Source: Candidatus Heimdallarchaeota archaeon
GTDB lineage: Archaea > Asgardarchaeota > Heimdallarchaeia > Heimdallarchaeales > Kariarchaeaceae
Length of the DNA: 31,727 nt
Direction: 5' to 3'
NCBI GenBank assembly: GCA_015523565.1
Contig: WAKA01000108.1
Coordinates: 1-31,727, forward strand
The notes beneath the pieces are model-generated. The model was not told the origin of the DNA. It saw nothing but the letters and a program-made list of their open reading frames with translations, and searched no databases. Positions 1 to 9,461 of this stretch are shown one piece after another; the first letter of the stretch is position 1, and each line of letters opens with the position of its first letter. The translations under genes and the position numbers were made by a program.

Positions 1-47
1 CTAATATGTTTGTATTTGTACTAATAACTATACTGTGGTGAACTAAA

Positions 48-464
48 ATGGATATGCCGCGACTCACTAATTATCAAGAATGCAGTATTTGGAATGCTTT
101 GGAAATTATCCGACCAAAATGGGCAATCCAAATCATCATGGAACTTATTGTGGCTCCCGACGGGTCTTTGGCTTTCTCTGATTTTGAAAAGCTTATCCCT
201 GACATAAATCCCCGTATGCTCTCAAAACGTCTGAAATCATTGTATGATCACAAAATCATCGAAAAATTTATTGAGGATCCTTCTAAACCGAAAAAAATCA
301 GGTACCGTTTAACAAAAGCAGGAAAATCCTTTGTGAATGTGATTCTTGCCCTGCGAACTTGGTCAGTTGAGAACATTTCTGAAAATGAGGAATGCAAAAA
401 CGATATGTGTCGCCATATTCTGTTCATCAAGCAAAATTTCAAAGACATGATTAAGTTAGCATGA
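48..464 (+). CDS. HxlR-family winged-helix transcriptional regulator
   Basis: Typical HxlR motifs: CSIWNALEIIRPKW, FSDF..IPDINPRMLSKRLKSL, IRYRLTKAG. Confidence 0.9.
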   Translation: MDMPRLTNYQECSIWNALEIIRPKWAIQIIMELIVAPDGSLAFSDFEKLIPDINPRMLSKRLKSLYDHKIIEKFIEDPSKPKKIRYRLTKAGKSFVNVILALRTWSVENISENEECKNDMCRHILFIKQNFKDMIKLA

Positions 465-1601
465 TTGGTGGCGTTTCGTTTCATAGCTGTCTGCAATCAT
501 GGGCTTTCTGATTTAGTTGCAAATGAACTGAAAAGGAAATTCAGTATAAATGCCCAAATCGAGAGTCTTTCAAAAGTTTCTTTTCAGGCATCCATTCAAC
601 AGGTACAGGAAATATTGCTTTTTGCCCAAGGAATCTATCGCGTCTGTCTACTGTTATCAAAATCTTCCCTCACAGGCAATGATCCTAAACTGGAAATCCA
701 GCAATGGATTGAGTCCCTTCCAATTCATGAATATCTTGCAATTGGTCAAAGTTTTGCCGTTCGAGCGCATAGGTCTGGTTCACATGAATTCAATAGCATG
801 GATCTTGCGGCTTGGGTTGGCGAATCTATTATCAATGCAATGCAAAGCCAAAAAAATCACCGACCGATTGTAAATCTGACATCTCCTGACATTCTTTTCA
901 GGGTTTATATTATAGATAATTCTCTATGGTTTTGCCTTGATGCTGTCGGTTTGGATGCCATTGAACGAAACTATCGTGTATATGACCATCCTGCTGGACT
1001 TCGGTCACAGCTTGCTTTTTTGGGTGTTTTACTGTCAAACTGGACGACTGGTTTTCTTTTTGATCCAACCACTGGAACGGGCACCATCCCTATTGAAGCT
1101 TGCCTATTCAAGTCACATGCACCAGTTTCCTCACACCTTCAAAACAAGTTTCTTTTTAATAATTGGTCTTTTGTTGAATTGGATGATTGGTTCTTATATC
1201 CTCCCAAGGATAGCCCACAATCCTGTCTTGCATTTGGCTATGACAAAACTTCCCGTTTTGTCACATATGCAAATGTGCATTCTGAAACAGCTGGGACTTC
1301 TTCATGCACCAATTTCGATCAAAACAATTTCTTGAAATCACCAACAATTCCAGATGGAACCGAATGCATCGTATATAATCCTCCTTTTGGTGTTAGAATG
1401 GGAAAAATCCAATACATTCAACGGCTTTACAATTCCGTTTATCATTCTTCCCAAGATTTTGGCGTGCCAGTCATTGTGCAGTTTGCCACAAAGAAGAAGC
1501 TTACACAATCAGTTGCAGAAAGCAATGGCTATTCTCTTTCATCTCTTTATAAATTCAACTATGGTGGCATCACAGTTCACTTGATGAAGTTTATCCTATG
1601 A
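465..1601 (+). CDS. trm14: THUMP-domain tRNA (guanine-N2) methyltransferase, Trm14-like
   Basis: THUMP signature SFAVRAHRSGSHEFNSMDLAAWVG; YRVYDHPA; SAM motif DPTTGTGTIPIEA; NPPFG. Starts immediately after the HxlR stop (TTG 465 or GTG 468). Confidence 0.8.
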   Translation: MVAFRFIAVCNHGLSDLVANELKRKFSINAQIESLSKVSFQASIQQVQEILLFAQGIYRVCLLLSKSSLTGNDPKLEIQQWIESLPIHEYLAIGQSFAVRAHRSGSHEFNSMDLAAWVGESIINAMQSQKNHRPIVNLTSPDILFRVYIIDNSLWFCLDAVGLDAIERNYRVYDHPAGLRSQLAFLGVLLSNWTTGFLFDPTTGTGTIPIEACLFKSHAPVSSHLQNKFLFNNWSFVELDDWFLYPPKDSPQSCLAFGYDKTSRFVTYANVHSETAGTSSCTNFDQNNFLKSPTIPDGTECIVYNPPFGVRMGKIQYIQRLYNSVYHSSQDFGVPVIVQFATKKKLTQSVAESNGYSLSSLYKFNYGGITVHLMKFIL

Positions 1602-1729
1602 GATTCAGATTTTATAAGTCCAAGCTTCTTCCAGTGGATCAGTTCAGACAATCTTATGATCCTTCATATTTGATTGAGCTTTTACAGCCATATTCTGATC
1701 ACCCAACATCCCCGAACAAAAGTATATGA
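1598..1729 (+). CDS. Possible 43-aa small ORF (MRFRFYKSKLLPVDQ...)
   Basis: ATGA overlap with the trm14 stop and open to TGA at 1727-1729; no recognisable motif. Confidence 0.2.
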   Translation: MRFRFYKSKLLPVDQFRQSYDPSYLIELLQPYSDHPTSPNKSI

Positions 1730-1855
1730 AAACGTTAGAATTTAATGAAATTGTTTTAATTTATAGAATTATTCTTGTGTCCTCTTATTTTTATGTTTTT
1801 CATCAATTATAATGGGAAAAATATAAATTCATTGATTGAAAAAATAAGGTACATA

Positions 1856-2779
1856 ATGAATGATCTCGATTTAATGCAAACACTTTTTATTTGTGAGGCT
1901 TGTGGTAAAAAAAAGGATGTGGGGTTTCCAAAAGAGAAACATCAGAAACTTATTGCCCAATCTGCAAATGGGCTTGTTCGATATACCATTATTCATAAAT
2001 GCAATGACGGATTTCCTGCAATTACAAATCTTTATGTTGACCATAACGGTGATGTCAGATCAAGAACAATGGAAAAGTTCCCTCCCATGGTAAAGAAGAA
2101 AAAATCCGCCTTTATGGTGCCCTCCCCAACCATCAATCGCAATTACGATCTTGAAGACCTAAAACAAATATTTATCCATAACCAATCTTTGGACAAAAAA
2201 TTATTGAAATTACGGGTTCGAAATGAATTTATCGGTGTTGATCTTTTTGTAAACCTTTCTGAAAATAATGACCTAAATCCCTTATGCAGCATTCAGTCCG
2301 ATTTCGGATTTACAACCATTGAATATTTTGATACAGATGTTCCGTTTACCCCAAATCTTGAAAAATGGTTTTCCATGATTGTAAATCTTTTTGATATGTT
2401 GCCACCCGCCACTTTGGGGAATCTTTGGGAGATTCTGAATTATCTTGTTGATGGAAAAGGTGACCCCCCCTCTGATTTTGATGAACGGCTTATGAAACGA
2501 ATTTTAACATCACACGAGATCATTGTAAAACTAAAGGATGTGGATCCTACATCCCTTCAAAACAAACTGTCTTTAATTAAGGAGAACCTTGATTCCGCAA
2601 ATTCCGAGCTCTTGGATCAAATGGAAAAAATCATTGAAGAAAATTCGTCCAACACTCTTACGCTTCGAGATATAATTCGTCTCTCTGATGAGGAAGATAC
2701 CTTAAAAATTATTTATTTGTTCCTTCTCCTTGAAACAAAAGATATCATTAGCTATGAGACACCTGAAATTGCCGCATAG
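1856..2779 (+). CDS. Hypothetical protein with N-terminal CxxC...HxC metal-binding domain and possible C-terminal winged helix
   Basis: CEAC...GLVRYTIIHKC...LYVDHNGDVRS; C-terminus LTLRDIIRLS...LLETKDIISY. ATG 1856 preferred over the ORF-track start 1775. Confidence 0.7.
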   Translation: MNDLDLMQTLFICEACGKKKDVGFPKEKHQKLIAQSANGLVRYTIIHKCNDGFPAITNLYVDHNGDVRSRTMEKFPPMVKKKKSAFMVPSPTINRNYDLEDLKQIFIHNQSLDKKLLKLRVRNEFIGVDLFVNLSENNDLNPLCSIQSDFGFTTIEYFDTDVPFTPNLEKWFSMIVNLFDMLPPATLGNLWEILNYLVDGKGDPPSDFDERLMKRILTSHEIIVKLKDVDPTSLQNKLSLIKENLDSANSELLDQMEKIIEENSSNTLTLRDIIRLSDEEDTLKIIYLFLLLETKDIISYETPEIAA

Positions 2780-2824
2780 GGTTCTTTACCAAAGTTTAAG
2801 TTCCTCAAGATTGGGATATGAGTA

Positions 2825-3187
2825 ATGGCAATTGTCCCTCAAATAAGTCCAAAAGAAGCAAAAAAATTATTGGATGATGGTAAAATCATTATTATTGATG
2901 TTCGTGAACCCCATGAGATTGAATTTTCCAATATCCCTGGAACGATCCCCATCCCCTTAAGCCAGTTCAATGCAAAAATTGATGAGGTTCTTGCATATCG
3001 AGATCATACTGTCGCCATTTTGTGTAGGAGTGGTGCCAGATCTGCTCGAGTCACTCATTTCTTAAAGAATCAAGGGTTTAGCCAAGTCTATAACATAAAG
3101 GGTGGCATTCTCCAATGGTCTGATGAAGTCGATCCTTCTGTCAAAAAATATTATTCCCAAGGCACTCGATTAATCGAAATTCAGTAA
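2825..3187 (+). CDS. Single-domain rhodanese-like sulfurtransferase
   Basis: IIDVREPHE, active-site loop LCRSGARS, NIKGGILQW. Confidence 0.93.
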   Translation: MAIVPQISPKEAKKLLDDGKIIIIDVREPHEIEFSNIPGTIPIPLSQFNAKIDEVLAYRDHTVAILCRSGARSARVTHFLKNQGFSQVYNIKGGILQWSDEVDPSVKKYYSQGTRLIEIQ

Positions 3188-3253
3188 AAGTGCTTCTCAT
3201 CACTTCTTTTTTTAGTACCGAACTCCCATAAATTATGACACCCATAAAAAATC

Positions 3254-3685
3254 ATGGCAATCCTTGGTTTAATTGTCGGAGGTTTTGTCGGTACAGTGGT
3301 CATGACAATGATGATCCTGTACGGATATATGATGAGCCTCATGCCTAAAGACTGGAATATGATCGTTGATGGCATGGGCAAGAAAATGAATGAGATGATG
3401 GGTGTAGCGCCAAGCATGGCTTGGTTTGTTCACTTTATGATTGGCACAATCATTCATCCTGTAGTATATCAATACTTATGGGTTGATACACTTCACATTG
3501 GTTTGGGGGTGTACATCAATGAAATCGTGTATGCAATTATTTTTGCGATCATGATGGTTATGATGCTTGGATTCCTTGGTGCTCCAAACGGATGGCGTGT
3601 CAAAATGTCAATTGGTATTATTATGGCACACATTGTCTATGCTGTGGTGCTTGCATTTATTGCTTCACTTTCAGTTTTTAGTTAA
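3254..3685 (+). CDS. Met-rich 4-TM membrane protein (DUF6789/DUF1440-like)
   Basis: GxxxGFVGTVVMT in the first helix; His in TM helices (WFVHFMIG, MAHIVY). Confidence 0.65.
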   Translation: MAILGLIVGGFVGTVVMTMMILYGYMMSLMPKDWNMIVDGMGKKMNEMMGVAPSMAWFVHFMIGTIIHPVVYQYLWVDTLHIGLGVYINEIVYAIIFAIMMVMMLGFLGAPNGWRVKMSIGIIMAHIVYAVVLAFIASLSVFS

Positions 3686-3729
3686 ATTCAGTTCAACTAC
3701 TTTAAATTATTCCCACACTTATCACACAT

Positions 3730-5103
3730 ATGACTGAACTTAAGGAATATGTGACAGATGTTGTAATTTGTGGAGGCGGTCCAGGTGGGGTATCATGCGC
3801 ATTTACTCTTGGTAAAAAGGGAATTCCTGTAATCTTGGTTGATAAGAAAAAAAAGGAGAAAATTGGTGACAAAGTGTGTGGTGATGCATTAAATCCAATT
3901 TTAAGTGACCGTTTCCATAGCTTGATCGGATTGCCCAAACCTGATCCGGAAAAGAAAGAACTTATGGAATTTGCAGATGTAATAGAATTGAGGGGGCAAC
4001 ATCCCAAAGCTGTCATAAAATTAGGTGACGGATCTGCAACTGTCGATAGGCTGCGCTATGGTCAGCATCTACTGAATGCGGCAGAGGAATTTGACAGCGT
4101 CAAGATCATTCCAGAGGCAAGAGTGCAAAAAGTGATTGTAAATGATGGGTTCGTACAGGGTGTTGAATGTTTGACTCCTGAAGGAACAATCCGCATAACG
4201 GCAAAAATTACGGTTGATGCCACTGGCTCCTCTGGAATTGTCCGTAGGAGACTTCCAAAGGAAATGTGTCAAAAGTTTCCACAAACCATCCCCAGAGAGC
4301 AGATGCTGGTTGCATACCGTGAAATAATTCGAACAAAAACCCCACACCAATTCCAACGGGGATTATACCTGACATATGAGCCTGAACTTGAAGAGGTGAT
4401 GCCTGGCTATTATTGGTTTTTCAGCAGAGGTGAAAATGAACTTAACATTGGGTTGGGATATCTTATGGAAGAGCGGAACCGTGGAAAGAATATCCGTGAG
4501 ATCAATGAATCAGTCAGGAAAAGGTACTTCCCCGATGCAGAGATACTTGCAAGTCAAGGCGACCAAATTCCCGCAAGACTTCCCCTTCCTAGCCTAGTGC
4601 ATAATGGCTTCGTGGCTGTGGGTGATGCAGGTGCCCTTGCCAATCCTTTGAACGGGGAGGGTCATGGACCGGCACTGAACAGTGGGATACATGCTGGTCT
4701 CTTTATTGCAGATGCACTTTCCAAGGGTGACTGGAGTGAAAAATCCCTTTGGAAATACAGCAAGTGGGCATGGAATCATTACGGTGTGGAATTTGCAATG
4801 GGTATTGCCTTAATCAAGTTCATGGAAAAGTACGGATACCAAAACTTTGAATGGCTTGTGATACAGGACATCATAAAGGAAGATGACATTCTGCTTCAGT
4901 TGAGGGATCCTGAAGCGAAACACAAGGGACTCCTAAAAAGGGCTTTCAAACTCATGAAAAGACCGAAACTGTTGTTTGGTGTCCGAAAAATGCTGAATCA
5001 CGCCGATGAGATCAAAAAACATGCAAAAGCATATCCCGATAATCCTGACGACTTTGGTCAGTGGTATGAAAAACTGAAGAAAATTGAACAAAAGAAGTTT
5101 TAG
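3730..5103 (+). CDS. Geranylgeranyl reductase family FAD oxidoreductase (DGGGPL reductase-like)
   Basis: DVVICGGGPGG, KVCGDAL, VDATG, PGYYWFF, VGDAGALANPLNGEG. Confidence 0.9.
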   Translation: MTELKEYVTDVVICGGGPGGVSCAFTLGKKGIPVILVDKKKKEKIGDKVCGDALNPILSDRFHSLIGLPKPDPEKKELMEFADVIELRGQHPKAVIKLGDGSATVDRLRYGQHLLNAAEEFDSVKIIPEARVQKVIVNDGFVQGVECLTPEGTIRITAKITVDATGSSGIVRRRLPKEMCQKFPQTIPREQMLVAYREIIRTKTPHQFQRGLYLTYEPELEEVMPGYYWFFSRGENELNIGLGYLMEERNRGKNIREINESVRKRYFPDAEILASQGDQIPARLPLPSLVHNGFVAVGDAGALANPLNGEGHGPALNSGIHAGLFIADALSKGDWSEKSLWKYSKWAWNHYGVEFAMGIALIKFMEKYGYQNFEWLVIQDIIKEDDILLQLRDPEAKHKGLLKRAFKLMKRPKLLFGVRKMLNHADEIKKHAKAYPDNPDDFGQWYEKLKKIEQKKF

Positions 5104-5291
5104 AGACACATCCAAACAACAAGAAATTAATTGTGACCCACTTTTCATGATTTGTGAAAATTGGTCTGATCATTCCCTCCTCATTTTTCAAATCAGGAAT
5201 GTGTTGGGTCAATTTGAAAAACATTGTCAGTTCTGGATGGTTGCATTTCTCAAAGAATCGAGTTTGGTTGATCCAGCCTCCATTGTATATT

Positions 5292-6584
5292 ATGGAAACA
5301 CTTGAAATGCTTCCTGAGGATGTGGGAGGGTATCTTGATGAAACAATGAGGGATATTCTTTCCATTCTTGGCTTGGAACTTGATCCTTCTTCTTATTCTT
5401 CTTTTTTTTCTGCAACAATAATGGAGTTGGAACGCCTCATTATTGGTGCCAGACTAACCAAAGAAAAATTTGCCATGATCCGATCAAAAATATTGGACAA
5501 TCTTCATGTGCTTACAGTAACTCTCCTGAAACTTTTCTTACGTTCAATTCATTCCCCTGACAATGACCTTATCCTTTCCGACAAGCAATTCCATGAACAA
5601 ATCGATTGGGATACATTGATTGATACTGATCCGCAAAGGGAATGGATATTGTTCGACGCACCCCTTTTCTCGGAGCTTGTTTTTCCTTTATCGAAAGAAG
5701 GCGCATTACTGTCATATTCTGAAGGGCTTGATCTACTCTCCCTTGTTTCTCCTCAATTCATCCCTTTGGTTCTTTCTGCAAAAGAAAGACAAACCCCCCT
5801 GAATTTTAGGAATCCTCTCTCTCCTGAATTTGTTGGCATCAAGATCAATGGTCTTGCCCTTGCTGACGGGCTAAAGTTAAAGGTTTACAAAAAGGAAGTT
5901 TATATGCAGACGATTTTCCATGAAATGGGCAGACGTGTTGACATTGATAAAATCAAGGATATCACTGGCTCTTCACTTATCCATCTGTCCCAGACTTTTG
6001 ATCAAACCATTTTATTGACAAAGGTTGCAATCAAATCCCCTATAGTGCATGATTCACGGAAATGCGAATTAACGGCTTATTTTGGTGACTCATTGGCTTT
6101 TCCATCAACAAAATACACTGCATTTCCTTTGGGACATGGTTTCCTTGTTTTGGGTAATGACCCAATTCGTTGCCCCAACAGTAAACTTACCGCTCGGATA
6201 GATGAAATACTAAGGCGAACCAATGGGGGATACCTACATTTTTCCCTTGAAACACATGGCGTCAGCCTAAAATTACCTTATGTCATCCAAAAGAGTTATT
6301 TTTTGTTGTCTCCTCCATTGATCCATTTTCGGACTGTAATGTTAGCTTTGAATTCACCCGTTAAGCTTACAGTTTTCCATGGTAAGACTATGATAACATT
6401 GTCTGGATCATTATCACTTAGGGATTCAGATACTGGTCAACAATGGCAAACTTATTTTGGATTTGATGATGATGCAATTGAAACATATTCTATTGAAATG
6501 GGAATGACAGACCCCTTGAAATATTATTGGAAACGAATGATCTTGGAATTCAAGCATGATGCCGTGGAGGTGCTGACGCCATGA
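5292..6584 (+). CDS. Hypothetical protein, possibly degenerate split-barrel (PNPOx-like) domains
   Basis: Long ORF with ATGA overlap into the next gene. C-terminal IDEILRRTNGGYL...LNSPVKLTV...ITLSG resembles PNPOx-like barrels. Start uncertain (5154 or 5292). Confidence 0.55.
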   Translation: METLEMLPEDVGGYLDETMRDILSILGLELDPSSYSSFFSATIMELERLIIGARLTKEKFAMIRSKILDNLHVLTVTLLKLFLRSIHSPDNDLILSDKQFHEQIDWDTLIDTDPQREWILFDAPLFSELVFPLSKEGALLSYSEGLDLLSLVSPQFIPLVLSAKERQTPLNFRNPLSPEFVGIKINGLALADGLKLKVYKKEVYMQTIFHEMGRRVDIDKIKDITGSSLIHLSQTFDQTILLTKVAIKSPIVHDSRKCELTAYFGDSLAFPSTKYTAFPLGHGFLVLGNDPIRCPNSKLTARIDEILRRTNGGYLHFSLETHGVSLKLPYVIQKSYFLLSPPLIHFRTVMLALNSPVKLTVFHGKTMITLSGSLSLRDSDTGQQWQTYFGFDDDAIETYSIEMGMTDPLKYYWKRMILEFKHDAVEVLTP

Positions 6585-8140
6585 AAGCAATACACGGTTT
6601 CCTTGAAATGAACCAAGAGATGATCCCATTTTCAGGGACAATAACGGGAAATGAAATTCTTGTTTCCAATATGTCCACCCTACTTTCCAACTCCATCACA
6701 GTCACTGTGCATCTCTATGATGCTGAAAAGAACACCATTCCCCAAATCGATTTTGCGTATCTTGGCGTTTTCCGATGTCAATGGGATGGATCAAAACTGT
6801 TAATTCTTGATGGTTCTGTATCTTCAGTCAATCCTGTGGTTCATATCCAAAAACATGCATCAGATGCAAAAGAATATGCAGAGCATTTCAATCGAAAACT
6901 ATATGGTGAACTTTCCAGCTTTCATGCATTTCTCGTTCTGAATGGAGGAAGAATACCAATCATTGAGCCTGTCTTTGTAAAACAAGTCAATGGTTCATTT
7001 GTCATTAAGCAAACCATTCCTGATCGAGTGATTGAGCATCTAAAATATAATTCAACACTGAAACTTTACGTTCCTTCATTTCAAACTATTGAAAATTTAG
7101 AGATTACCTGTATTGTCTCTTCAATTCCACCCCACCCATTTTCATTGGTCCCCCTCAAAATTAGTCATGGACGTCACACGGAAATGGAAACTATGCATTT
7201 CACCTCTCCCCGTTCAGCAATTCTGAAAAATGAAATCTTGCAGTTCCCAAAAAGGATTAGGTTTTGGCTAAAGGTCACTCGAATAGACTTGGTATTGGTT
7301 GGATTGCTCCCTGTACTTGCTACACTGGCATACCTGAAACGCTTTCAATCCTCAATTTCCTTTGCTTTATTGGGATTGGTTTTCTGTTTTCTTGTTTCCT
7401 TTAATCTGTTCAATGACTATTATGATTCCTTTAGCGACGAATATAATCCATTTGGAGGTACATTGCATGGTGGGTCTGGTGCAATACAAAATGATTTGGT
7501 TATCCGCGGTCAAATATTTGTCTTGGCCTTCTTTTTTGCCACTGTTGGAACCATTTTTGCACTTCTTCTTCTTTATGTCAATTGGAATCCAATTCTGCTA
7601 TTGTTAGGTCTGGTTGTTGTATTTCTTGGCTTTTCCTTTAGTGCACCCCCCTTCAAGCTTTCTTCACGTGGATTTGGAGAAATCATAACTGGCTTGGAAT
7701 TTGGAGTCTTACCAATAATTGGTACCTATCTCTTTCTCACTGGAAATCTTGCTATTCCCTCAATTTTAATAATGATCGGCTTCTATTTCTTTCTTCAATT
7801 TTTTGAGATCAACTTCACAAACAATCTGTTTGATATTCTTCCAGATACTCGGGCTGGGAAAAAAACCCTCCCCATTCTTCTTGGACAAGAAAATTCAGTT
7901 AAAACCCTGAAAGGCATCATGATCGCGAGAACCATTCTTGTATCTTTCATTATTGTCTCCTTGATTGATTTGTTTATTACCTACCTTCTTGTCTTTCTTG
8001 GCTCAATCATTGTTCTGAAACAAGTTGACAAGCTTAGCTATCCCGTTAACCAAAAAGAAAGTAAAACGATTATCGGCAACAATCTAGTTGGCATGGCTTT
8101 CTACGCCTTGATCCTGCTTGGATCCCTTGTTTTCCACTGA
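6581..8140 (+). CDS. UbiA/MenA-family prenyltransferase with ~220-aa soluble N-terminal extension
   Basis: Asp motifs NLFNDYYD and NNLFD..PD..AGKKTLP; GGSGAIQ; FSAPPFKLSSRGFGE; multiple TM helices in the C-terminal half. Confidence 0.82.
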   Translation: MKAIHGFLEMNQEMIPFSGTITGNEILVSNMSTLLSNSITVTVHLYDAEKNTIPQIDFAYLGVFRCQWDGSKLLILDGSVSSVNPVVHIQKHASDAKEYAEHFNRKLYGELSSFHAFLVLNGGRIPIIEPVFVKQVNGSFVIKQTIPDRVIEHLKYNSTLKLYVPSFQTIENLEITCIVSSIPPHPFSLVPLKISHGRHTEMETMHFTSPRSAILKNEILQFPKRIRFWLKVTRIDLVLVGLLPVLATLAYLKRFQSSISFALLGLVFCFLVSFNLFNDYYDSFSDEYNPFGGTLHGGSGAIQNDLVIRGQIFVLAFFFATVGTIFALLLLYVNWNPILLLLGLVVVFLGFSFSAPPFKLSSRGFGEIITGLEFGVLPIIGTYLFLTGNLAIPSILIMIGFYFFLQFFEINFTNNLFDILPDTRAGKKTLPILLGQENSVKTLKGIMIARTILVSFIIVSLIDLFITYLLVFLGSIIVLKQVDKLSYPVNQKESKTIIGNNLVGMAFYALILLGSLVFH

Positions 8141-8425
8141 ATTTTCATCGACCATTCCTGCTTCCTTCAAGGCATTCTCATAGGCCTGTTCATAAGTGAA
8201 CCTTACTGGCTCCTTTGTTGTCATCATTGTATAGCCTACCCATGCCAAGACCAATGAAATCAGCAATGTAATGAAATAACTTGGGAAAACAAGTCCCCAA
8301 TACTGGATGTCTGGGTATCCTGTAGAATTCTTGTTCAAAAATGGGGTGACAATGAGCACATATGTCTCAAAGACTGTTACAAAAATGCCAAAAAGGAACA
8401 GGATAAAACCCTTTAAGGTTCTCAT
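8084..8425 (-). CDS. Small 2-TM membrane protein, PIG-P/DPM2-like
   Basis: Two hydrophobic segments: KGFILFL...TPF...YP..QYWGLVFPSY...LAWVGYTMMTT. Resemblance recalled, not searched. Confidence 0.55.
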   Translation of the reverse strand: MRTLKGFILFLFGIFVTVFETYVLIVTPFLNKNSTGYPDIQYWGLVFPSYFITLLISLVLAWVGYTMMTTKEPVRFTYEQAYENALKEAGMVDENSVENKGSKQDQGVESHAN

Positions 8426-8525
8426 ACGTTCTTACTTTACTCTTTACTTAAATAGTTTATTCCCATTTGACATTTGAAGCTTGATTTACAAATTTCAGTT
8501 TTTTTTCAAATAGTAATGGATAAAT

Positions 8526-9461
8526 TTGAAAAACCACCTAGTAGATTCAGTGAGTCAGTTATTGCATGAAATTATTGAAGAAAAATATACCTCTTTCGAA
8601 TTTTTGGGAGGGACATGCACAATCCGGCATTTGCAGGTTCGGGATGCTGAGGGCGCTCCTCCTGTTGTATTCATCCCTGGGATCGGTGGTTTTGCGGAAT
8701 CATTCTTTTACAATTTGAAAGATTTAGCAAATCATGGCTTTTATCCGATTGCAGTAGACAATGTCGGTTTTGGTGGGAGCCATATAACTGAAGACATAGA
8801 GTTCTTTCCAGAACTTTTTCCAAAGGCTCTCTCAATTTGGTTTGAAAAGGCTGGATTGGAAAATGCCTTTTTAATTGGGAACTCATTTGGAGGAGGGGTG
8901 GCTCTTGGGCTATGGCAATATGTCAAAGACAAAGTAAGGGGTGTTGGTTTAATTTCATCTGCTGGATTTGGCAAAGAAGTCTGGTTTGCCTATAAAATTG
9001 CCTCCCTTCCAGTTGTCAACTTTTTGTCGGTTCGGCTTGCAATCAACAAACGCATCAATGCCACAAATATTACCAGAGGATGGAAGTCCATTGTTCATGA
9101 CTTCAAAAAAATCCCTGACTTTATTATTGAATATGATGTTCGGTACAAAAACAATTTGGAAACTAGAAGAGCCTATGAATATATTCTCAAAAACTTCCTG
9201 ACAATAAAGGGGCAAAATGAGCTTGCGATGAATGAAATCCAACAAATTGCAAAAGAGCTGAAGCAACACAATGTTCCTGTTCTGGTTGTTTGGGGAAAAG
9301 ATGACAAAATCCTCCCTGTTTCCCATGCCACAATCGCTGCAGAACTGACTGGCGGAAAAATCCACATTTTGGAGAAATGTGGTCATCTTCCATATCTCGA
9401 AAAATGGAAAGAGGTAAACGATATTCTGGTTGATTTTATAATCCATCATAAGAATGGTTGA
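8526..9461 (+). CDS. Alpha/beta-fold hydrolase
   Basis: AVDNVGFGGS, nucleophile elbow GNSFGG, VWGKDDKI, CGHLP. Confidence 0.92.
   Translation: MKNHLVDSVSQLLHEIIEEKYTSFEFLGGTCTIRHLQVRDAEGAPPVVFIPGIGGFAESFFYNLKDLANHGFYPIAVDNVGFGGSHITEDIEFFPELFPKALSIWFEKAGLENAFLIGNSFGGGVALGLWQYVKDKVRGVGLISSAGFGKEVWFAYKIASLPVVNFLSVRLAINKRINATNITRGWKSIVHDFKKIPDFIIEYDVRYKNNLETRRAYEYILKNFLTIKGQNELAMNEIQQIAKELKQHNVPVLVVWGKDDKILPVSHATIAAELTGGKIHILEKCGHLPYLEKWKEVNDILVDFIIHHKNG

Noticed and set aside
8526-9461. Calling the hydrolase MenH because menA genes are nearby
   Set aside because: Only generic alpha/beta-hydrolase motifs are visible, and no menF/D/C/E/B genes are in the window.
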